A stretch of DNA of 64,000 nucleotides, taken from contig JBHLJY010000003.1 in assembly GCA_048887225.1 (NCBI GenBank), positions 96,001-160,000 of the forward strand, in the 5' to 3' direction. Shown here piece after piece: positions 58,525 to 64,000 of the stretch. This stretch comes from Candidatus Hodarchaeota archaeon. Lineage in GTDB: Archaea > Asgardarchaeota > Lokiarchaeia > Sigyniarchaeales > SOKP01. Under the pieces are notes generated by a model. The model was not told where the DNA came from. It did not search any database and saw nothing but the letters and a program-made list of their open reading frames with translations. The translations under genes and the position numbers were made by a program. Numbering within the stretch: position 1 is the stretch's first letter; every line of letters begins with the position of its first letter.

Positions 58525-60000
58525 TCAATTTTTAATTGCAGGCATTTTTCTAAATATATTTAATTCTTGTTCGAGTAAATAACCAATATTTAGTATTGAT
58601 TTTTCATCCAAATAATTCCCTATTATCTGTATACCGATGGGGAGCTGTTTCTTATCAAACCCGCAGGGTATAGATAATGCTGGCAAACCTGAAAGGTTCG
58701 CAGGACAAGTTAAGCTGTTCATATCATACATTTTTAAAGGTTGATCTATTAATTCGTTAATTTTAAATGCTGTTTTTGGCATTGTAGGAGAGATCAACGC
58801 ATTACATTGTTTCAGAGCATTTTGAATATCATTTTTAATCAATGTCCTAACTTTTTGGGCTTTAATATAAAAAGGCTTGTAATATTTTTTGGTCAATAAA
58901 TAAGTCCCTAACAATGATCTTCTTTTAGCTTCTATACCAAGTTTTTCTCCTCGTGTTTTGCTATATACCTCAAAAACATCTTTTGTTTGATCAAAAAACA
59001 ACATCTTACCGTATCTTAAACCATCAAATTTTGCGATATTTGATGCTTCTTCACTAAGCGCAATTAAAAAATATGCGGGTAAAGCAAATTGGAAATTAGG
59101 AAAGGAGATCTCCAGAAATTCTATCCCCAAATTTTCTAGCTTCTTAATAGCTTTAAATACGACTTCTTTGGTTGAAGGATCAATGTCACCATTAAAAAAT
59201 TCTTTAGGAATTCCAACTATTTTGTTTTCAATACTCTCCTCCAAAAAATCGAAGTAGTTTTCAATTTTTTCATGTAGGGTAGTTGGATCTAATGAGTCGC
59301 GTCCTGCTATGATTTGAAGTAATAACGCACAATCTTTAACACATTTAGTAATTGGACCTATTTGTTCAAGAGAATTTCCATAAGAAGCTAATCCGAATTT
59401 TGATACTAAACCCGTTGTAGGTTTTAATCCAACAACACCACAAAACGAAGCAGTACATCGTATGCTCCCGCCAATATCACTACCGAGAGCAAAAATTGTT
59501 TGTTTCGACGCAACTGCGGCTCCCGAACCTCCACTTGCTCCTCCTGGAACATAATCTAAATTCCATGGATTATAAGTCGCAAAATAGCAACTTGTTTCAG
59601 TGGAACATCCCATTCCGAATTCATCCATGTTAGTACTTCCAATAAATATAGCTGAATCTTTTTCAACTAATTTCTCGATTACAGTTGCGTTAAATGGGGG
59701 AATATAACCTTCTAAAATTTTTGAAGCACAAGTAGTAGGATAGTTTTTAACACAAATACCATCATCGACAACAAGGGGCAATCCAGATAATCTTCCTTTA
59801 AGTTTTTTTTGCTTTAATTTCTTGTCCAATTCTTTTGCTCTAATCAATGCATTTTCCTTGGTTAAATACACGAAGGAATGTAAATAAGGTTCAGTTTCAT
59901 CAATGATTTTAAAAGTATCCTCAATGATTTCTTGAATTGTTAATTCTTTATTGTTTATTTTTTCCAATAATTCATACCCCATAAGTTCCTGCATTTTCAT
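58525..60000 (-). CDS. gatA: amidotransferase subunit A, divergent copy with degenerate catalytic triad
   Basis: Amidase fold; VVDDG replaces IKD, GGAS replaces GGSS, GGSIR retained. Confidence 0.88.
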   Translation of the reverse strand: MKMQELMGYELLEKINNKELTIQEIIEDTFKIIDETEPYLHSFVYLTKENALIRAKELDKKLKQKKLKGRLSGLPLVVDDGICVKNYPTTCASKILEGYIPPFNATVIEKLVEKDSAIFIGSTNMDEFGMGCSTETSCYFATYNPWNLDYVPGGASGGSGAAVASKQTIFALGSDIGGSIRCTASFCGVVGLKPTTGLVSKFGLASYGNSLEQIGPITKCVKDCALLLQIIAGRDSLDPTTLHEKIENYFDFLEESIENKIVGIPKEFFNGDIDPSTKEVVFKAIKKLENLGIEFLEISFPNFQFALPAYFLIALSEEASNIAKFDGLRYGKMLFFDQTKDVFEVYSKTRGEKLGIEAKRRSLLGTYLLTKKYYKPFYIKAQKVRTLIKNDIQNALKQCNALISPTMPKTAFKINELIDQPLKMYDMNSLTCPANLSGLPALSIPCGFDKKQLPIGIQIIGNYLDEKSILNIGYLLEQELNIFRKMPAIKN

Positions 60001-60183
60001 TAGTATCTAACCGAAATTCATATGATATATATTCTAGAACATTTGTAAAATTAATTTAACTGGTATAATTATGAATTTCTAAAAAATCTCACTAAAATTA
60101 AATCATAACCTATGGGAGTTTTGAAATGTTATAGTCTACAAAAAAGATATAAAATAAGAATAATGGTAAGAGATACTAACTTT

Positions 60184-61638
60184 TTACTTTTTAATAATCC
60201 TTAATATAATTTCCCTTGTTTTTTCTGGATCCAATTGACCTCTGGTTTTTTGCATACATTTTCCTATTAATGCTTCCAACGCTTTAGGATTTTTTTTTAA
60301 ATCCTCAACGATACTTTTATTTTCTTTTATGACATCTCTTACAATTGAAATAATTTTTTCCTCATCGGCGATTCTTTTTTTTCCAGTTTTTTTCATTATT
60401 TCGGAGATGGAGGTTCCTTTCATCATTTCATTGATATATGATTTTGCGATTTTTCCAGTAATCTTTCCTTGCTTGATGAAATTAATCAAATCTATCACTT
60501 GTTTAGGTTTTAACTTAGTTTCTCTTATATGTTTTTTGTTAAAATTTAGCCAGCGCGAGATATCTCCTTTTAACCAATTACAGAATTGTTTATAGTCGTC
60601 TAATTGAAAAGACTTTTGAGATTTTACACCTTCCTCATAGAAGTCGGCAATATCTTTATCTATAACTAGAATTTCTGCATCAAATTCAGACAATCCATAC
60701 TCTTTTTGGAAACGTATAGATCTTGCCTTTGGCATCTCTGGTAATTTATCTTTGATTTCTTTTATGAATTTCTTGTCAATTTCAAAGGGAGGTAGATCTT
60801 GTTCTGGAAAATATCGATAATCCTTTTCAAATTCTTTTGTTCTGAGACCAATAGTTATCCTTCTTTTATCATCCCAATGACGGGTTTCCTGAATTAATTC
60901 TTTACCTCTTTTTAATAAATTCTTTTGTCGCTGAATTTCCCATTTTAACGCTCGCTCAACTTCTTTAAAACTATTTATGTTCTTAACTTCAGATCGTGCA
61001 TGCCCTTTAATTGAAATATTCGCGTCCACACGACAAGACCCCTCTAAATCTAAGTCAGATATGCCTGTATATTGCACAATTGATTTTAATTGTCTTAAAT
61101 ATTCACGAGCCTCCTCAGGAGATTTCATTACAGGGTCAGATACAATTTCTATGAGAGTAACGCCTGAACGATTATAATCAACTAAAGTAAATGGAGATGT
61201 GGCAATCGATCCTTTATGGACTAAGCGCGCAGGATCTTCCTCAAGATGTATCCTATTAAGTTTTAAATCCTTTTTCTTGCCGTCTAATTTTATTGTGATT
61301 TTTCCTCCATCAGCAAAAGCGCTTCCCCCAGCTTTATGAAATTGGGATATTTGGTAGTTTTTCGACATGTCTGGATAGAAGTAATTCTTTCTAAAGAACC
61401 AAAATGATTCATTTATATCACAACCTAATGCTAAAGCCAATCTCGTCGCAAATTCAATAGCCCTCTTATTCACTACAGGTAATGAGCCCGGTAAACCAAG
61501 ACAAATTGGGCAAGTATGAGTATTTGGTCTTGCTCCTCGATAATCGCTATTGCAACTACAAAATAATTTTGTTTTTAAATTTGTGATTTGAATATGGGTT
61601 TCTAATCCTATAATTATGTCCTCATATTTTTTACTCAA
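60184..61638 (-). CDS. gatB: Asp/Glu-tRNA amidotransferase subunit B
   Basis: RKNYFYPD..YQISQ, HLEED, DYNRSG, DYRYFPE. Confidence 0.95.
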   Translation of the reverse strand: MSKKYEDIIIGLETHIQITNLKTKLFCSCNSDYRGARPNTHTCPICLGLPGSLPVVNKRAIEFATRLALALGCDINESFWFFRKNYFYPDMSKNYQISQFHKAGGSAFADGGKITIKLDGKKKDLKLNRIHLEEDPARLVHKGSIATSPFTLVDYNRSGVTLIEIVSDPVMKSPEEAREYLRQLKSIVQYTGISDLDLEGSCRVDANISIKGHARSEVKNINSFKEVERALKWEIQRQKNLLKRGKELIQETRHWDDKRRITIGLRTKEFEKDYRYFPEQDLPPFEIDKKFIKEIKDKLPEMPKARSIRFQKEYGLSEFDAEILVIDKDIADFYEEGVKSQKSFQLDDYKQFCNWLKGDISRWLNFNKKHIRETKLKPKQVIDLINFIKQGKITGKIAKSYINEMMKGTSISEIMKKTGKKRIADEEKIISIVRDVIKENKSIVEDLKKNPKALEALIGKCMQKTRGQLDPEKTREIILRIIKK

Positions 61639-61648
61639 TTCTTTTGCC

Positions 61649-63121
61649 TCATTTTGTAATAGGGGCTAATTTTCTAAAAATATTTAATTTTTGCTCAAGT
61701 AAATAAGCAATATTAAGAATCGTTTTTTCATCAAAATAATTTCCGATAATTTGAAAACCGATAGGTAATCCCTTACCATCAAATCCGCATGGAACTGATA
61801 ATGCTGGTAATCCTGCAAGATTAACGGGACAAGTTAAAATATCCATCATATACATCTGCAATGGGTCGTCTACTAACTCGCCAATTTTAAAGGCGGTTGT
61901 TGGCATTGTTGGGCAGACGATTGCGTCGCACTTCTTAAACGCGTTTTGAAAATCATTCCTAATCAAAGTCCGTACTTTTAGCGCTTTAATATAAAACATG
62001 TCGTAATAACCAGCTGATAAAGCGTACGTCCCTAATATTATTCTTCTTCTTACTTCAGGACCAAATTTTTCTCCACGAGTTTTACTAAATATTTCAAACA
62101 CATCTCCATTTGGAACTTCGGACATTTTTCCATGTCTCAATCCATCATACCTCTCTAAATTAGAACTTGCTTCACTCATTGCTATTAAGTAGTATGTAGG
62201 AATAGTATATTCAAGATGTGGTAATGAAATTTCAATTGTCTTAGCTCCAATACTCTTTAATATATCAATTGATTTATTTACAGAATTTTTAATGGAAGAA
62301 TTTACTCCCTCTCTAAAGAATTCCTTAGGAACGCCAAGAGTTTTATTTTCTATTGGTTTGTTTAATTCTTCAGTATATTTCTCAACTTTAATCTCAACAG
62401 AGGTTGAATCTAATGGATCCTTTCCAGCTATAATTTCCAATAATAATGCACAATCGTAAACACATCTGGTTATTGGCCCAATTTGATCTAAAGAATTTGC
62501 GTAAGAAACTAACCCATATCTCGAAACTCTGCCATATGTTGGTTTTAATCCTACAACTCCGCAATATGATGCTGGACATCTTATACTACCACCAGTGTCA
62601 CTACCTAAAGAAAAAATAACTTGTCCTGAGGCCACACACGATCCTGAACCTCCACTTGAACCTCCAGGTACGTATTCTAGATTCCATGGATTATATGTAG
62701 GACCATAACAGCTATTTTCCGTAGAGGAACCCATAGCAAACTCGTCCATATTTGTACGACCGATGGAGATTGCCCCTCTTTGTTTAATTAATCGTTCGAT
62801 AACTGTCGCATTATAAGGGGGATGATAACCTTCTAAAATTTTTGAACAACATGTTGTTGGATTATCTTTTATACATATGAGGTCCTTTATTGCAATTGGC
62901 ACTCCATACAGTTTCCCGATAGTTTTTCCATTTTTTAATTCTTTATCCTTTTGTTTTGCTTCGCTTATTGCTTTCTCTTTAGATACATGAACAAAAGAAT
63001 GTAAAAGATTATCTGTTTTTTCAATTCTATCAAGATAAAACCGAATAATTTCCTGAATTTGAATTTCTCTATTTTTAACTTTTTCAATTAACTCGTATCC
63101 CATGTATTCAAGGATATTCAT
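61649..63121 (-). CDS. gatA: Asp/Glu-tRNA amidotransferase subunit A
   Basis: PIAIKD, GGSSGGS, GSDTGGSIR, RRIILG, MYMMD intact. Confidence 0.95.
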   Translation of the reverse strand: MNILEYMGYELIEKVKNREIQIQEIIRFYLDRIEKTDNLLHSFVHVSKEKAISEAKQKDKELKNGKTIGKLYGVPIAIKDLICIKDNPTTCCSKILEGYHPPYNATVIERLIKQRGAISIGRTNMDEFAMGSSTENSCYGPTYNPWNLEYVPGGSSGGSGSCVASGQVIFSLGSDTGGSIRCPASYCGVVGLKPTYGRVSRYGLVSYANSLDQIGPITRCVYDCALLLEIIAGKDPLDSTSVEIKVEKYTEELNKPIENKTLGVPKEFFREGVNSSIKNSVNKSIDILKSIGAKTIEISLPHLEYTIPTYYLIAMSEASSNLERYDGLRHGKMSEVPNGDVFEIFSKTRGEKFGPEVRRRIILGTYALSAGYYDMFYIKALKVRTLIRNDFQNAFKKCDAIVCPTMPTTAFKIGELVDDPLQMYMMDILTCPVNLAGLPALSVPCGFDGKGLPIGFQIIGNYFDEKTILNIAYLLEQKLNIFRKLAPITK

Positions 63122-63263
63122 TTTAAAATAACCAAATAAATCAATAAATACTGTAGAATGATCTCAAGATTAGCTTATCTTTATAAATCATCTATTTCTA
63201 AAAAATTCATTTATTTATTTTTAAAATAAAAAAAAGAACAAATATATAATGGGCAGATATAAC

Positions 63264-63351
63264 TAATTACTCTTCATTTGAAAAATCAAGAGTAATTATG
63301 AAAAATTTGATTATTTATGCTAATAATCGCACTCAAGAAACAGAGCGATTA
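63264..63351 (-). terminator. two hairpins followed (on - strand) by a U-tract downstream of cofE
   Basis: TAATTACTCTT/AAGAGTAATTA (63264-63298) and TAATCGC/GCGATTA (63324-63351). Confidence 0.4.
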
Positions 63352-63352
63352 A

Positions 63353-64000
63353 TTACTTAGAGAATTTTTTTTTATTCTTTTTCAAAAGATATTTAGAAAA
63401 AATGTTCATATATAAGCATTCTTCGGGAGGCATCTCTGTTGTGAATTTTGGATTTTCAGTAAATTCCACATTAGCTCCTCTGATTATAACTATAGGTGTT
63501 TGTTGATTTGCTTCGTTCAATAGAAATTGAGCCGCACTTGTGAGATCATCTGCTATCGCTCGCATAGTAATTTCTAAAGGTCTGCCATATAAATCTGGAT
63601 GACCTCTTAAATCCTCAACTGGTTCGAATCCTGCCGTTGCTATAGCAATGCCTATTGTTCCCTTTCTTAAAGGTTGGACTCTCGAATCTGCAAAAATAAC
63701 TCCAAGATCTTTTATGTTAAATTCCTCTCTTAATCTTTTCCAAAAATCCCAAACCTCTTTTTTAATATTTTTAGGTAGGAGAACTACATTATTAGGTCCA
63801 GCGTTAGATTGGTCAATTCCAGCATTCGCAATTAAGAAATCGTTAACTTTTGCTAATATTACGTGTCCTTGAGGTAGTCCTCCTAAAATCATAGATGCTT
63901 CTTTCAATATTAATTCCACATATCTCTCATCCATATTGCATATTTTAGCCATTTTTTTTGCTTTTTCTGATACGGTTTTTATACTAGATAAATTTATCAC
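63353..64000 (-). CDS. cofE: coenzyme F420:L-glutamate ligase (CofE-like), 5' end outside window
   Basis: ANAGIDQSN, ADS..PLRKG..GIAI, DLRG..DLYGRPL..T..AIADDL..AA. Confidence 0.85.
   Translation of the reverse strand: MINLSSIKTVSEKAKKMAKICNMDERYVELILKEASMILGGLPQGHVILAKVNDFLIANAGIDQSNAGPNNVVLLPKNIKKEVWDFWKRLREEFNIKDLGVIFADSRVQPLRKGTIGIAIATAGFEPVEDLRGHPDLYGRPLEITMRAIADDLTSAAQFLLNEANQQTPIVIIRGANVEFTENPKFTTEMPPEECLYMNIFSKYLLKKNKKKFSK

Noticed and set aside
960-63872. Many short ORFs (60-127 aa) antisense to or nested in long genes
   Set aside because: They are shadows of well-supported genes and have no recognisable motifs

Overview
AT-rich, gene-dense archaeal chromosomal window, most likely from a Lokiarchaeia (Asgard) genome. 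This is inferred from the EF-2 paralog lacking the diphthamide motif, a Roadblock/LC7 protein, ITPK1-like ATP-grasp enzymes, aCPSF1/FttA, an A/V-type ATPase and an A1-U72 tRNA-Gln. No CRISPR array, rRNA or transposase was seen. Contents in order: (1) a putative inositol-phosphate cluster with 2 HAD phosphatases, 4 ITPK1-like ATP-grasp proteins and myo-inositol-1-phosphate synthase, interleaved with an MFS transporter, beta-glucuronidase and a UroD-family protein; (2) a complete A/V-ATPase operon in the order K-C-H-F-E-A-B-D-I; (3) tRNA-Gly, EF-2 paralog, purN, aCPSF1, a ferredoxin-type membrane protein, dGTPase and a tRNA-Gln(CUG) with C33; (4) a 790-aa protein combining Zn fingers, UFL1/DDRGK-like winged-helix repeats and an adaptin-appendage-like module; (5) four tandem paralogous uncharacterised multipass membrane proteins; (6) a CoA-ester catabolic cluster with a GC-rich MenB/BadI-like gene; (7) a tandem gatA-gatB-gatA'-gatB' duplication in which GatA' has lost two of three catalytic-triad residues. 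Several genes (hisA, atpD, atpC, possibly a NikR-like regulator) appear to need non-canonical ATA/ATT/ACG starts behind strong GGTG Shine-Dalgarno motifs. All family calls come from motif recognition by eye, not database searches.
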